A stretch of 64,000 nucleotides of DNA. Source: Escherichia coli. GTDB lineage: Bacteria > Pseudomonadota > Gammaproteobacteria > Enterobacterales > Enterobacteriaceae. The position numbers were made by a program, and so were the translations under genes. Each line of letters begins with the position of its first letter. Position 1 is the stretch's first letter. Below the pieces are notes generated by a model. The model had not been told where the DNA came from and made no database searches. It saw nothing but the letters and a program-made list of their open reading frames with translations. This document shows, in pieces, positions 46,933-62,320 of the stretch. The DNA is taken from NCBI RefSeq assembly GCF_003018115.1, contig NZ_CP027457.1. One strand, given 5' to 3'.

Positions 46933-47331
46933 TTATTGCATTCTGGCCAGGCCGCGCTCTGTCATTTCGGCTGCCACACCGGCAGAGACACGAAACGCCG
47001 TTCCCGGCAGCACAAATGCCACAGGTTCATCCCGCGTGGCGTGAAGTGCATCAGTATGCAGCTTCACCAGTGCCACGACCGTGACCAGTTCAGACGTATC
47101 CAGAATCACGGTATCCGGCTGCGCTGATCCCACCTCATTTTCATGTCCGGTCAGCACATTTTCCCGGCTGAGAGGGGTGTCCTGACCGGCAGTTTCATCC
47201 GTGTCATCAAGCTCCTCTTCCAGCTCTGCCACACGGAGCGCCAGTTCTTCTTTCGTCCCCGTCAGGCTGACATCACGGTTCAGTTGTTCACCCAGCGAGC
47301 GGAGACGGGCAATCAGTTCATCTTTCGTCAT
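46933..47331 (-). CDS. FI: DNA-packaging protein FI
   Basis: MTKDELIARLRSLGEQLNRDVSLTG...; 132 aa from internal ATG of the 145-aa ORF. Confidence 0.85.
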   Translation of the reverse strand: MTKDELIARLRSLGEQLNRDVSLTGTKEELALRVAELEEELDDTDETAGQDTPLSRENVLTGHENEVGSAQPDTVILDTSELVTVVALVKLHTDALHATRDEPVAFVLPGTAFRVSAGVAAEMTERGLARMQ

Positions 47332-47372
47332 GGACTCCTCCACAGAGAAACAATGGCCCCGAAGGGCCATGA

Positions 47373-48398
47373 TTACGCCAGTTGTACGGACACGAACTCA
47401 TCAGGGTCAGCCAGCAGCATCAGCGGTGCTGACTGAATCATGGTGAACTCACGCGCCGGATCGCCGGTGGTCACCCAGTTTTTCGGGTAACGGGCAGAGG
47501 CGTTAATGCCTTCGCGCTGTGCGTCCGCATCCTGAATGCAGCCATAGGTGCGCAGACCGCGTGCCTGAGTGTTCCCCAGCACCATCGTGTTGTCCGGCAG
47601 GAAGTTCTTTTTGACGCCGTTTTCCACGTACTGTCCGGAATACACGACGATGGCCACATCGCCATACATCCCCTTATAGGACACCGCTTTGCCCAGGTCT
47701 TTCACCGCTGTCTCCAGCTCGGAATGAGAGCCACGACGGGTATCCAGCTTCTCCTTGACGGCTTTGAAGGAACGGAACAGCGCCCAGCCTTTCGGATCGA
47801 ACACGATGATATTCACCACACCGCTGGCGTTCAGCGCGTAGGCTTCGATATCGTCGGTCGGGTCATACGTGGACTTGTCACGCTTGCTCCACTCCGTGCC
47901 GCCGGACTGCGTGATGTTATTCTCCTCACTGCGGCCCATATCCACCTCAACCGGATCGAAGGCTTCACCGGTCATGGTGTATTTGCCCTTAAGCACGGCA
48001 GAAACTGCCTGCATCTCTTCGACCTGAGCAATGGCCAGCTCTTCGTCACGCATGTTCTGCATGATGATGCGACGGCGGCGGTAAGCCGGGTCCGCCAGAT
48101 TCTGCGGATCTTCATCCGGCAGGCGACGCAGGGTCATCTGCGGATTCACTTCATGCTTCGGCTTGACATATCCCGGCGTAAATTCAGAGGTGGAGCCGCC
48201 ACGGGAACGGATAACCTCACCGGAAACAATCGGCGAAACGTACAGCGCCATGTTTACCAGTCCCGGAATTTGTGAGAGATAGACTTTCTCCGTGGTGAAG
48301 GGATAGCTCTCACGGAAAAAGAGACGCAGAAACAGCGGATCAAACTTAAATTTCTGCTCATTTGCCGCCAGCAGTTGGGCGGTTGTGTACATCGACAT
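47373..48398 (-). CDS. E: Major capsid protein E (HK97 fold)
   Basis: 341-aa ORF MSMYTTAQLLAANEQKFKFDPLFLRLFFRESYPF... Confidence 0.95.
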   Translation of the reverse strand: MSMYTTAQLLAANEQKFKFDPLFLRLFFRESYPFTTEKVYLSQIPGLVNMALYVSPIVSGEVIRSRGGSTSEFTPGYVKPKHEVNPQMTLRRLPDEDPQNLADPAYRRRRIIMQNMRDEELAIAQVEEMQAVSAVLKGKYTMTGEAFDPVEVDMGRSEENNITQSGGTEWSKRDKSTYDPTDDIEAYALNASGVVNIIVFDPKGWALFRSFKAVKEKLDTRRGSHSELETAVKDLGKAVSYKGMYGDVAIVVYSGQYVENGVKKNFLPDNTMVLGNTQARGLRTYGCIQDADAQREGINASARYPKNWVTTGDPAREFTMIQSAPLMLLADPDEFVSVQLA

Positions 48399-48454
48399 AA
48401 AAAAATCCCGTAAAAAAAAGCCGCACAGGCGGCCTTTAGTGATGAAGGGTAAAG

Positions 48455-48787
48455 TTAAACGATGCTGATTGCCGTTCCGGCAAACGCGGTCCGTTTTTTC
48501 GTCTCGTCGCTGGCAGCCTCCGGCCAGAGCACATCCTCATAACGGAACGTGCCGGACTTGTAGAACGTCAGCGTGGTGCTGGTCTGGTCAGCAGCAACCG
48601 CAAGAATGCCAACGGCAGCACCGTCGGTGGTGCCATCCCACGCAACCAGCTTACGGCTGGAGGTGTCCAGCATCAGCGGGGTCATTGCAGGCGCTTTCGC
48701 ACTCAATCCGCCGGGCGCGGTTGCGGTATGAGCCGGGTCACTGTTGCCCAGCGGCTGGTAATGGGTAAAGGTTTCTTTGCTCGTCAT
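48455..48787 (-). CDS. D: Capsid decoration protein D
   Basis: [12 protein letters not shown]...; 110 aa from internal ATG. Confidence 0.9.
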   Translation of the reverse strand: MTSKETFTHYQPLGNSDPAHTATAPGGLSAKAPAMTPLMLDTSSRKLVAWDGTTDGAAVGILAVAADQTSTTLTFYKSGTFRYEDVLWPEAASDETKKRTAFAGTAISIV

Positions 48788-48796
48788 AAACATCCC

Positions 48797-50096
48797 TTAC
48801 ACTGGTGTGTTCAGCAAATCGTTAACGGCATCAGATGCCGGGTTACCTGCAGCCAGCGGTGCCGGTGCCCCCTGCATCAGACGATCCAGCGCAGTGTCAC
48901 TGCGCGCCTGTGCACTCTGTGGTGCTGCGGCCAGAATGCGGCGGGCCGTTTCCACGGTCATACCGGGGGTTTCTGCCAGCACGCGTGCCTGTTCTTCGCG
49001 TCCGTGAGCCTCCTCACAGTTGAGGATCCCCATAATGCGGCTGTTTTCTGCCGCAACCGCTGCGGTGATCTGCGCGTTCACGTCCGGCTGCGCCGCGCTG
49101 GCGTTTTCGCCCTCCGTCGCTGGCACCACGTCAGTAACGTCAGCCTGCGAAGCAGTGGCTGAAACAGTTGTTGATTGAGTCTCTTTGGTCATTCGCCCTC
49201 CTGAGAGACGGGATTTACGTGCATCCAGTGCATCACGCATGACGGTGATCGCATCGGTGCTGTTAACAAGTTCATCAGCCAGTCCGGCATCAATGGCCTC
49301 CTGACCGCTGTACACTGCAGCCTCGGTATCCAGCACAGCCTGCACGGACAGGCCGGTATATGCCGACACCTTCTGCGCAAACATCTGGCGGGTTGCGTCC
49401 ATCCGGGACTGCAGTGTCTCCCGGACGTCATCCGGAAGATGGCTGTAGGGGTTGCCATCCACCTTATGGCTGCCGCTGTAAATCAGAGTGATTTCCACAC
49501 CCTGTTTCTCCAGCGCAGCACCGTAATTACTGTGAGCCATCATGACGCCGATGGAGCCTGTCCGGGCGGTCTGCGTGACCAGACGCCGGGAGGCGGCACT
49601 GGCAAGCAGCTGACCTGCACTGCAGTTCATGTCGTTGGCCAGCGCCCATACCGGTTTTATGTCACGCACACGGGCGATGATGTCAGCGCAGTCAAATGCC
49701 CCCGCCACCATCCCGCCGGGCGTGTCCATATCGAGCAGAATGCCGTCCACCATCGGATCGCTGGCAGCCTGTTGCAGACGGGCGATAATGCCGTTGTAAC
49801 CGGTCATCCCCGAGTACGGCTGCAGCGCCCGCGTCCGGCTGACCAGCGTGCCGGACACCGGCAGCACGGCGATGCCGTTCATGACCTGATAACTGCGGGC
49901 CTGTCGTGGTCCGTCATCATCACCGGATAATGCCAGCGTCGCGAGTGCCTCCTGGGCAGTCAGGCTGTCGCCGGACACCGCATCCATCAGGCGGCTGATC
50001 CCAAGCTGGCCTGCAAGCGCACAAAAGAAAACCCGCGCATAGGCGGGTTCAAGCATCAGCGGCTCATTAAAAGCCATGCTGGCAATATGCGGGAGA

Positions 50097-50116
<20 letters not shown>
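48797..50116 (-). CDS. C: Head maturation protease/scaffold C (GTG start) with nested in-frame Nu3 scaffold reading frame
   Basis: VTAELRNLPHIASMAFNEPLMLEPAYARVFF... 439 aa from GTG at 50114-50116; S49-type protease fold; 20-nt overlap with B as in lambda. Confidence 0.85.
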
Positions 50117-53797
<3,681 letters not shown>

Positions 53798-53823
<26 letters not shown>

Positions 53824-54343
53824 TCAGCAACCCCGGTATCAGTTCATCCAGCGCGGCTGCTTTGTTCATGGCTTTGATGATATCCCGTTTCAGGAAATCA
53901 ACATGTCGGTTTTCCAGTTCCGGAAAACGCCGCTGCACCGACAGGGGGATCCCGTCGAGAATACTGGCAATTTCACCTGCGATCCGCGACAGCACGAAAG
54001 TACAGAATGCGGTTTCCACCACTTCAGCGGAGTCTCTGGCATTTTTCAGCTCCTGTGCGTCGGCCTGCGCACGCGTAAGTCGATGGCGTTCGTACTCAAT
54101 AGTCCCTGGCTGGAGATCTGTCTCGCTGGCCTGCCGCAGTTCTTCAACTTCCCGGCGCAGCTTTTCGTTCTCAATTTCAGCATCCCTTTCGGCATACCAT
54201 CTTATAACGGCGGCAGAGTCATAAAGCACCTCATTACCCTTGCCACCGCCTCGCAGAACGGGCATTCCCTGTTCCTGCCAGTTCTGAATGGTACGGATAC
54301 TCGCACCGAAAATGTCAGCCAGCTGCTTTTTGTTGACTTCCAT
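53798..54343 (-). CDS. nu1: Terminase small subunit Nu1
   Basis: 181-aa ORF MEVNKKQLADIFGASIRTIQNWQEQGMPVLRGGGKG... with winged HTH. Confidence 0.95.
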
Positions 54344-54359
54344 TGTTCATTCCACGGCC

Positions 54360-54560
54360 AAAAACAGAGAAAGGAAACGACAGAGGCCCAAAAGCTCGTT
54401 TTCAGCACCTGTCGTTTCCTTTCTTTTCAGGGGGTATTTTAAATAAAAACATTAAGTTACGACGAAGAAGAACGGAAATGCCTTAAACCGGAAAATTTTC
54501 ATAAATAGCGAAAACCCGCGAGGTCGCCGCCCCGTAACCTGTCGGATCGCCGGAAAGGAC
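54360..54560 (-). other. cos: cos packaging site (cosB, cosN, cosQ); cosN 12-nt cohesive-end sequence at 54521-54532
   Basis: Plus strand reads ...CGCGAGGTCGCCGCCCCGTAACCTGTCGGATC...; reverse complement GGGCGGCGACCT is the lambda cohesive end, flanked by lambda-like left- and right-end sequence and CGTTTCC-type Nu1 sites. Confidence 0.85.
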
Positions 54561-54731
54561 CCGCAAAATGATAATAATTATCATCTGCATGTCACAACGT
54601 GCATCTACGCCATCAAACCACGTCAAATAATCAATTATGACGCAGGTATCATATTAATTGATCTGCATCAACTTAACGTAAAAACAACTTCAGACAATAC
54701 AAATCAGCGACACTGAATACGGGGCAACCTC

Positions 54732-54965
54732 ATGTCAACGAAGAACAGAACCCGCAGAACAACAACCCGCAACATCCGCTTTCCTAACCAAATGATTGAA
54801 CAAATTAACATCGCTCTTGAGCAAAAAGGGTCCGGGAATTTCTCAGCCTGGGTCATTGAAGCCTGCCGCCGGAGACTGTGCTCAGAAAAAAGAGTTTCTT
54901 CTGAAGCAAACAAAGAAAAGAGTGACATTACTGAATTGCTCAGAAAACAGGTCAGACCAGATTGA
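54732..54965 (+). CDS. ynfO: Small basic prophage protein YnfO (YlcI-like)
   Basis: 77-aa ORF MSTKNRTRRTTTRNIRFPNQMIEQINIALEQKG...; position between cos and ydfO. Confidence 0.7.
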   Translation: MSTKNRTRRTTTRNIRFPNQMIEQINIALEQKGSGNFSAWVIEACRRRLCSEKRVSSEANKEKSDITELLRKQVRPD

Positions 54966-55022
54966 AGCAATTTAGATAATCGTGCAGACTACGCCCCCTC
55001 ATATCACATGGAAGGTTTATCT

Positions 55023-55433
55023 ATGGATCAGGTAGTCATTTTTAAACAAATATTTGATAAAGTTCGAAACGATTTAAACTATCAATGGTTTTATTCTGAG
55101 CTAAAACGTCACAATGTCTCACATTACATTTACTATTTAGCCACAGAGAATGTTCATATTGTATTAAAAAATGATAATACAGTGTTATTAAAGGGCCTAA
55201 AAAACATTGTGTCTGTCAAATTTTCAAAGGATAGGCATCTTATAGAAACGACCTCTAATAAGCTGAAATCCAGAGAGATCACATTTCAGGAATACAGAAG
55301 AAACCTTGCTAAAGCAGGAGTTTTTCGGTGGGTTACAAATATCCACGAACAAAAAAGATATTACTATACCTTTGATAATTCATTACTATTTACTGAAAGC
55401 ATCCAGAAAACTACACAGATCTTACCACGCTAA
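55023..55433 (+). CDS. ydfO: DUF1398-family prophage protein YdfO (YbcV-like)
   Basis: 136 aa from ATG at 55023 (GAAGG RBS); an upstream in-frame ATG at 55008 has a poor RBS. Confidence 0.7.
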
Positions 55434-55584
55434 ACCATAACGTCCGGCTTCTCTCACTCCTGAGCCGGACTGCATTGGTTTAATAAAAACCATCAACAAT
55501 TGTGATTTAGATATTCGGAACCATTCAAATATAACAAAACCCCGTAAAAACGAGGTTTATGGATAAATTTTATTATTGAATACA

Positions 55585-55758
55585 TCAGATTAAATTAATC
55601 TTGACATCATAGCTTTCAAGACCCGTCATTTTTTCCCGTGCGGTAAACTGAATACTGGTAACTTCTTTCCCGGTCTTTTTCTTAAGTTCAATAATTTTTT
55701 TTGTTATATATTCAGAAATATCTGCTTCTGCTTTTGTTTTTAAGTTTTCAATATTCAT
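55585..55758 (-). CDS. gnsB: GnsB (GnsA/GnsB family), 57 aa
   Basis: Minus-strand translation MNIENLKTKAEADISEYITKKIIELKKKTGKEVTSIQFTAREKMTGLESYDVKINLI; below ORF-track cutoff. Confidence 0.8.
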   Translation of the reverse strand: MNIENLKTKAEADISEYITKKIIELKKKTGKEVTSIQFTAREKMTGLESYDVKINLI

Positions 55759-55929
55759 CATTTCCTCTTTTAGTCTGTTATGACTTTCCAGTTACACAGT
55801 AAGTCGATTATATGGTGCAAACGTGTAAAAGATAAGATGAAACATCGCAATAATCAACATACGATAGTCTAAATTTTACACAAACAGACAAAGAGAATTT
55901 TCCTGAATTATCAATGCAATAGCATCAAA

Positions 55930-56160
55930 TCAACTCAAGAGCCTTATTGCTGCTTCCAGAATTTCTTCTGAAGTAACATGTCGATCCGCGGCTACATAAA
56001 TGACTTTATGATCTCCGGTCAGAGATGGAAACCCTGCGGCCATTACAGTAAGGTGTGTTTTTTCGCCATTTGGATATTCACGCATGATGGTGTTAACTCC
56101 AGTCATCGCTGGCACTACCACTGCTGGTTCAGAGTTAAAAAAAACTATGATTTTTTTCAT
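55930..56160 (-). CDS. Small prophage protein (possibly ynfN-like); start uncertain
   Basis: ORF MKKIIVFFNSEPAVVVPAMTGVNTIMREYPNGEKTHLTVMAAGFPSLTGDHKVIYVAADRHVTSEEILEAAIRLLS; a 51-aa version would start at MREYP (56085). Confidence 0.45.
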   Translation of the reverse strand: MKKIIVFFNSEPAVVVPAMTGVNTIMREYPNGEKTHLTVMAAGFPSLTGDHKVIYVAADRHVTSEEILEAAIRLLS

Positions 56161-56431
56161 GATGTTACCGTAGTATGTGAGTATCCATCGAATAGACACC
56201 AAGCAAAAAAGCTCCCGAAGGAGCCTTCATTTTCACTTTTTTAAATCCAACGACAGACGGCTGGCATTTAAGTATTGTGAAATATTATCAAATGTAATCA
56301 TCATTGATTTACAAAAGATACATTTTGCCCCGAAAGGATTCATGTCAGAAACATCAAAAGATGATGTTCTATACTGGGAACCATGACAACACGGGCATCT
56401 AAAGTGAATATGGTTTGTAATATTGTCTACC

Positions 56432-56644
56432 TCAAAGCGCCACTACATGAACAGCGGCAGGACCTTTAGGTCCGTTCTCAATACCAAATTCAACTTCCTG
56501 ATTCTCAGTTAATGTTTTGAAATCGTTGCTCTGAATTGCTGAGAAATGGACAAACACATCTTTGCTGCCATCTTTCGGCGTGATGAAACCAAAACCTTTT
56601 TCAGGGTTAAACCATTTCACTAAACCAGTCATTTTGTTAGACAT
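56432..56644 (-). CDS. cspI: Cold-shock protein (CspA family)
   Basis: 70-aa [41 protein letters not shown]... with RNP1/RNP2 motifs. Confidence 0.85.
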   Translation of the reverse strand: MSNKMTGLVKWFNPEKGFGFITPKDGSKDVFVHFSAIQSNDFKTLTENQEVEFGIENGPKGPAAVHVVAL

Positions 56645-57006
56645 AATTATTACCTTTTGAAGAAATTAGCCCTTGGGCAGAATGGTCCGAAAAAAAATAT
56701 CAGAGAGAAAAACCAACAAGGAAATCTCAAGAGGTACAAATAATAAAATTATAACAATGACTGCTTCAGATAAATTTGTAACAAACCAGAACACCATTAA
56801 CGCATGATTAACCACCCATAGCAAGGATTACTTTTGTAAAGAAAAACACAGCAATGAAAGAATAGCTTTATTTATTAATAAAACGTGTCATTCTGATTAA
56901 GACCTTTTATCTTACCCTTAAGATTTCAGGAATTTTGGCTCATGGAAGAGTCCTTTTTATTTAAATTTTACATTCCGCGATGTAAATGTTCCGATTTAAT
57001 ATTACC

Positions 57007-58030
<1,024 letters not shown>

Positions 58031-58034
<4 letters not shown>

Positions 58035-58342
58035 AGATATTTATGATGAGGACGCTCGTGCTTATTGGCAGGATTTTCAATCTTAAAGGAGTACTGATGC
58101 TGCAGATAAGACTCAACTTTTTCTGACAATTTTTCTGCTACTTCCAGGAAGACTTGCCGGACGCTCCTTCTGGCTGCTGCCTCATAAAACTCCAGCGCAG
58201 CTCCTTCAACACGGTCCATGGCGACATCCAGGTCAAAAATTTCACCGTCAAAGCGTTCTTTGTCCTGTAAGGCTACAGTTACCGTAACTTTATTCTCAAA
58301 ATTACGGACTCCTTTCACAACCAGTTCATAGTCTTGAGTCAT
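58031..58342 (-). CDS. ydfR: DUF1327 protein YdfR, between holin and endolysin
   Basis: 103-aa ORF MTQDYELVVKGVRNFENKVTVTVALQDKERFDGEIFDLDV... Confidence 0.8.
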
Positions 58343-58346
58343 TGGA

Positions 58347-58562
58347 TTACTCTCCTCTCGCAGCCTTACGCCTGTCTTCTTTAATCTTGAAATAAAGATT
58401 TGTCAGATACGTCAGCAGGCCAAAAACCAGGCTACCCAGCACACCGATTGCAGCCCACTGTGACGGAGTTACTTTATCGAGTAACTGCAATGCCCAGAAA
58501 CCAGCATTACCCGCCGATGTGCCATAGGCAACACCTGTTGTTAACTTATCCATTGATTTCAT
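58347..58562 (-). CDS. essQ: Class II holin (phage 21 S-like pinholin) with dual-start motif
   Basis: [26 protein letters not shown]... 71 aa; two TM domains; Met-Lys-Ser-Met dual start. Confidence 0.85.
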   Translation of the reverse strand: MKSMDKLTTGVAYGTSAGNAGFWALQLLDKVTPSQWAAIGVLGSLVFGLLTYLTNLYFKIKEDRRKAARGE

Positions 58563-58781
58563 ATCCTCACCCCGATGTACACGGATGGTGCAATATGTTT
58601 GAAAAGATCGGAGTCTACGGGGTAGTTTTGACAGCACACGTTGTTCTCAACGGCGCTAAAAAAACATACACATTAAAAATGTGGGTAATTATTTTGAAAG
58701 AAAGTCATATATAAAATAATAATACGAGAAATGTTTTCATATTTAGTGTACTGTATACGGCCATTTATACAGGAAAAGCCT

Positions 58782-58952
58782 ATGTCAGAACGTAAAAACT
58801 CAAAATCACGCCGTAATTATCTCGTTAAATGTTCCTGCCCAAACTGCACCCAAGAGTCAGAACACAGTTTTTCAAGAGTACAAAAAGGTGCCCTTTTGAT
58901 CTGCCCTCATTGCAACAAAGTATTCCAGACAAATCTTAAAGCTGTAGCCTGA
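58782..58952 (+). CDS. ynfU: 56-aa zinc-ribbon small protein (YnfU-like)
   Basis: MSERKNSKSRRNYLVKCSCPNCTQESEHSFSRVQKGALLICPHCNKVFQTNLKAVA; CxCPxC...CPxC four-Cys motif. Confidence 0.6.
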   Translation: MSERKNSKSRRNYLVKCSCPNCTQESEHSFSRVQKGALLICPHCNKVFQTNLKAVA

Positions 58953-59315
58953 TTGATTTTATTAGTAACAAGTATTTTTTATATTTTAATAATATATTTA
59001 AAGCAGATAATAAAAAACCCGCCTGAGCGGGTTTGAGATTGTGGTGCTTTTTGTGGGAGTCATCCACTTACGCACTTTGTTTTGCCATGCCAGCAGTTAG
59101 CTTCTGCTGTAAAACTATTCATGCAGCAAACCTGCACTTCACCACAATGGTTAGCATACTTTTCCTGATTAAGATTTTGCCAAATATGCTAGCCATTGTT
59201 TCATGTATTGGACCTCCTTACTTTTTATTAAAGAGATCCAATATTCACTACTCTGTCCGTATCTCTACTCAGGCATCAGCCTTCTTCGTTATCGTATACA
59301 GACGAGCGATGAATT

Positions 59316-59531
59316 TTAATCAGTAATGATGACATTTGCTGCTGCAGGACCTTTAGCACCACTCTCTATAGAGAAGGTAACCTTTTGACCTTCAAATAAG
59401 GTTCGATAATTATCATTCTGAATCGCAGAAAAATGCACAAACACATCTTTACTACCATCAACAGGAGAAATAAAGCCGAAACCTTTATCAGCGTTAAACC
59501 ATTTTACTAAACCAGTCATTTTATTTGACAT
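59316..59531 (-). CDS. cspB: Cold-shock protein (CspA family)
   Basis: 71-aa [41 protein letters not shown]... Confidence 0.85.
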   Translation of the reverse strand: MSNKMTGLVKWFNADKGFGFISPVDGSKDVFVHFSAIQNDNYRTLFEGQKVTFSIESGAKGPAAANVIITD

Positions 59532-59831
59532 TCTACATTCCTTAACTTGAGCCTTTCGGCATAAATGGTTTGCATAACAGAAACGACTTCGTACTTAATT
59601 GGAGAGACTCAAAGAAGGAATAAGTGAATAACACCTGAAATGAGAACTGCTTTAGTAAACTACTTCGTATATCGTCTGTTCTTCAAACCGACGCAATCAT
59701 TAACGCATAGTTGAACATATGAAGCAATGTTTATTTTAGACATCCAGCCATCTTCAACCCCATCAAAAAACTATAGCTTTCTTCAGGAACGTGTGTATAG
59801 TGCGCCAAGTTATCAGTATTAAGGAATTTTT

Positions 59832-60044
59832 TTGTCCCGTAAAATGACAGGAATTGTCAAAACCTTTGACGGCAAAAGCGGCAAGGGTCTTATCACCCCA
59901 TCCGATGGTCGTATCGATGTCCAGCTTCATGTTTCAGCGCTCAATCTCCGCGATGCAGAAGAAATTACCACCGGATTACGCGTGGAATTTTGCCGGATAA
60001 ATGGTCTGCGTGGCCCTTCAGCTGCCAATGTTTACCTTTCATGA
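59832..60044 (+). CDS. cspF: Cold-shock-like protein (CspA family, divergent)
   Basis: 70-aa [40 protein letters not shown]...[19 protein letters not shown]. Confidence 0.85.
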
Positions 60045-60098
60045 GCTATATTAAAGCTTTAATTTCAGGCCCCATCGGATCACACATGGAGAGTTTTT

Positions 60099-60188
60099 AT
60101 GAATAACCCCGTCTGTCTTGATGACTGGTTGATTGGCTTTAAAAGCTTATGCTGTACTTTGGCCGTAATAGCTCTGCTAATAATATAA
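60099..60188 (+). CDS. Candidate 29-aa small membrane protein downstream of cspF
   Basis: ATG with GGAGAG RBS 5 nt upstream; [29 protein letters not shown] has a hydrophobic C-terminal helix. No homology evidence. Confidence 0.35.
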
Positions 60189-60465
60189 TAAGCAGACTCA
60201 TTGTGTTTAGGGACATTGTACTGGAAGAAAACATTTTAAACATCAGGCAAATAACCAAGTCACCAGCTAAATAATAAGTTAACAGACATGAGTCCCGGGA
60301 TGAGATTCAACATTACCATTGCCCCATTTAAAGCACAAAACCCGCTCATCAGCGGGTTTTCTACTTTTTCTTAACGTCGGGTATACAAAGCCCATCGTTG
60401 AAAAAATTTTATCCATATTTTTTGAAAAATGCAAACATCATGTCGCCATCTTCAGCAAAAATCAT

Positions 60466-61218
60466 TTATCTCGTCACCTTCCTCAATTGCGCTTCCGCGT
60501 ATGCTTCTTCCTGCCAGCACTTTGTTACCAGTTTACCAATGACGTCCGCATACCCCTTATACCACTGATAATCGGTCAGGTCTGGTACCAGCTTCTGGAC
60601 ATGACGTCGTGCCAGCGTGGTCGGTAAACGACTAAACCGGTTTCCATTACAACGCCCACAAATCTTATATACCGGTACGCCATGAAACCGGGTTCTTTTT
60701 TCATCCAGAACAATCCCTTTACCCTTACACCCTCTGCACGCTGTGCTGGCTTCGCCCTTACCATGGCAATGCTGACATAGTTCCTTCACCCATTCTTCCT
60801 TGATTACAGATTCCCCGCGTCTGTAGTGTTTCACCACTTCGCGCAATACATTATAAAATCCCGTACCTGAACAATGCTCACAGCGAGCCTTACTTGCCGC
60901 AGACCTGGAGTAATCAGCAAAGGCAAAACTCACGAGGTAAGGAATAATCTGTAACCGGATTTCTTCACTCAATTTGTTCAATGTCGGGTTATCCAGTGCC
61001 ATCGCGTAATTTAGCAGGCCTTCAATCGCAAACTGAGGGTCCTGAACACCAACTTTTGCCAGAAATAAGGCCAACCCAAGTGGTGCTTTCGACTGCACCA
61101 TCCCCTGCGCTGCCATTACATCCGTAATTGTTAAACAACCGGTGCCTGTCGCTGGAGCGTCATCGCTCAATTTTGGAGATTTTGGGGAGTAATATTTTGG
61201 TAAGGCTTCAAGGTTCAT
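60466..61218 (-). CDS. quuQ: Late-gene antiterminator Q-like protein
   Basis: MNLEALPKYYSPKSPKLSDD... 250 aa from internal ATG; Cys-rich zinc-binding motifs (CEHCSGTG, CQHCHGKG, CRGCKGKG, CGRCNGN). Confidence 0.85.
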   Translation of the reverse strand: MNLEALPKYYSPKSPKLSDDAPATGTGCLTITDVMAAQGMVQSKAPLGLALFLAKVGVQDPQFAIEGLLNYAMALDNPTLNKLSEEIRLQIIPYLVSFAFADYSRSAASKARCEHCSGTGFYNVLREVVKHYRRGESVIKEEWVKELCQHCHGKGEASTACRGCKGKGIVLDEKRTRFHGVPVYKICGRCNGNRFSRLPTTLARRHVQKLVPDLTDYQWYKGYADVIGKLVTKCWQEEAYAEAQLRKVTR

Positions 61219-61231
61219 GCTCGTTCTCCAC

Positions 61232-62320
61232 TTACGCCAGTACGCCAATTGTCAGCGCGCGATCGATAAAACGAAATATCAGCTCCAGTTGGGAGCCATA
61301 CTTATCTTCAAATGCCACTGTATCCGTATGCAGCTCGTTGTGATGCTTTCTGCACAAAGGCAACACAAAGAGATCATGTGCTTTTGTTCCCATTCCGCCC
61401 TGCCCGTGACCAATCAGATGATGCGGATCGTCGGCTGGCATACCGCAGCAAGCACACGGCTGTGTCTTAACCCAACGTGTGTATTTCTCCTTAACCCAGC
61501 GGCGACGTTTAGGCAGCTTCATGAAAGATTCCGGAGACTCTGGATCAACGGTGATGCTTACCACCGTCTTTTCCTGTGGTGATTTTTGTTGCTGGTGGGC
61601 GTAAGGCAACGGTGCAAGATTTTTTGTGCGTTGTTTCAATATGCTGGTGGCGGTCTGCTCTCCCGGTACGATGTCGCTTTCGCGGTACACCGAGCAGATT
61701 TTTTCCGCTGGTAATCCCAGCGAACGACGCGATACAGCCTCAGGTAGTGCATCCACCACCTGATTGCAGACCGCCCACCAGGATAATTCAGCCAAAGATA
61801 ATTCCCGCTCCTGCGTACCGCTTATTGCGTGACGGATGACGTCAATCACCCATGCTGTCAGATTTTGTTGAGCAAGCAGCTCCAGTGATTCCGATGTCTG
61901 GTCACGCAGTTGGTTGTCGCAGTGCCAGCACAACACCATTGCGCCGGTACCATAACGGTGAATGACTGTTTCAGTGTGATGGTAATCGCCATTAGGCCAC
62001 TGGCAGGATGTAACATGACGTAATAGCCAGTCGGACAATGCGCCAACGCCGCCAGCAGCACGAATCACCCGTTCGTTACTAAAAAACGGCAGCAATGTTT
62101 TGTCTTCCGCCAGCGGCTGGCGAACGGCAGGAACGACTCCGGATGGCAGATTACGCATGCTTTTTGGTTCCGGTTCCACCAGCACTCGAGGATTATGAAA
62201 TATCTGTATGGATTCACGGCCCGGCTTAAGGACCACCAGCCCAAGCTCAGGCACCAGAACAGGTCTAAGTAATACCCGCACGTTACCTCCAGATCCGTTG
62301 CTGGAAAGTGCGGGACGCAC
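61232..62320 (-). CDS. ydfU: DUF968-family prophage protein YdfU; start uncertain (track start may be extended)
   Basis: 362-aa ORF with C-terminal Cys/His cluster (CACCGMPADDPHHLIGHGQGG...CRKHHNELH). Confidence 0.8.
   Translation of the reverse strand: MRPALSSNGSGGNVRVLLRPVLVPELGLVVLKPGRESIQIFHNPRVLVEPEPKSMRNLPSGVVPAVRQPLAEDKTLLPFFSNERVIRAAGGVGALSDWLLRHVTSCQWPNGDYHHTETVIHRYGTGAMVLCWHCDNQLRDQTSESLELLAQQNLTAWVIDVIRHAISGTQERELSLAELSWWAVCNQVVDALPEAVSRRSLGLPAEKICSVYRESDIVPGEQTATSILKQRTKNLAPLPYAHQQQKSPQEKTVVSITVDPESPESFMKLPKRRRWVKEKYTRWVKTQPCACCGMPADDPHHLIGHGQGGMGTKAHDLFVLPLCRKHHNELHTDTVAFEDKYGSQLELIFRFIDRALTIGVLA

Noticed and set aside
58731-58781. N-terminal extension (17 codons) of the ynfU-like ORF in the track
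   Set aside because: The shorter 56-aa form starting MSERKNSK fits a compact zinc-ribbon protein and is the more plausible start.
59033-59326. 97-aa plus-strand ORF downstream of cspB
   Set aside because: Low-complexity, overlaps the cspB 3' region and terminator; no RBS.
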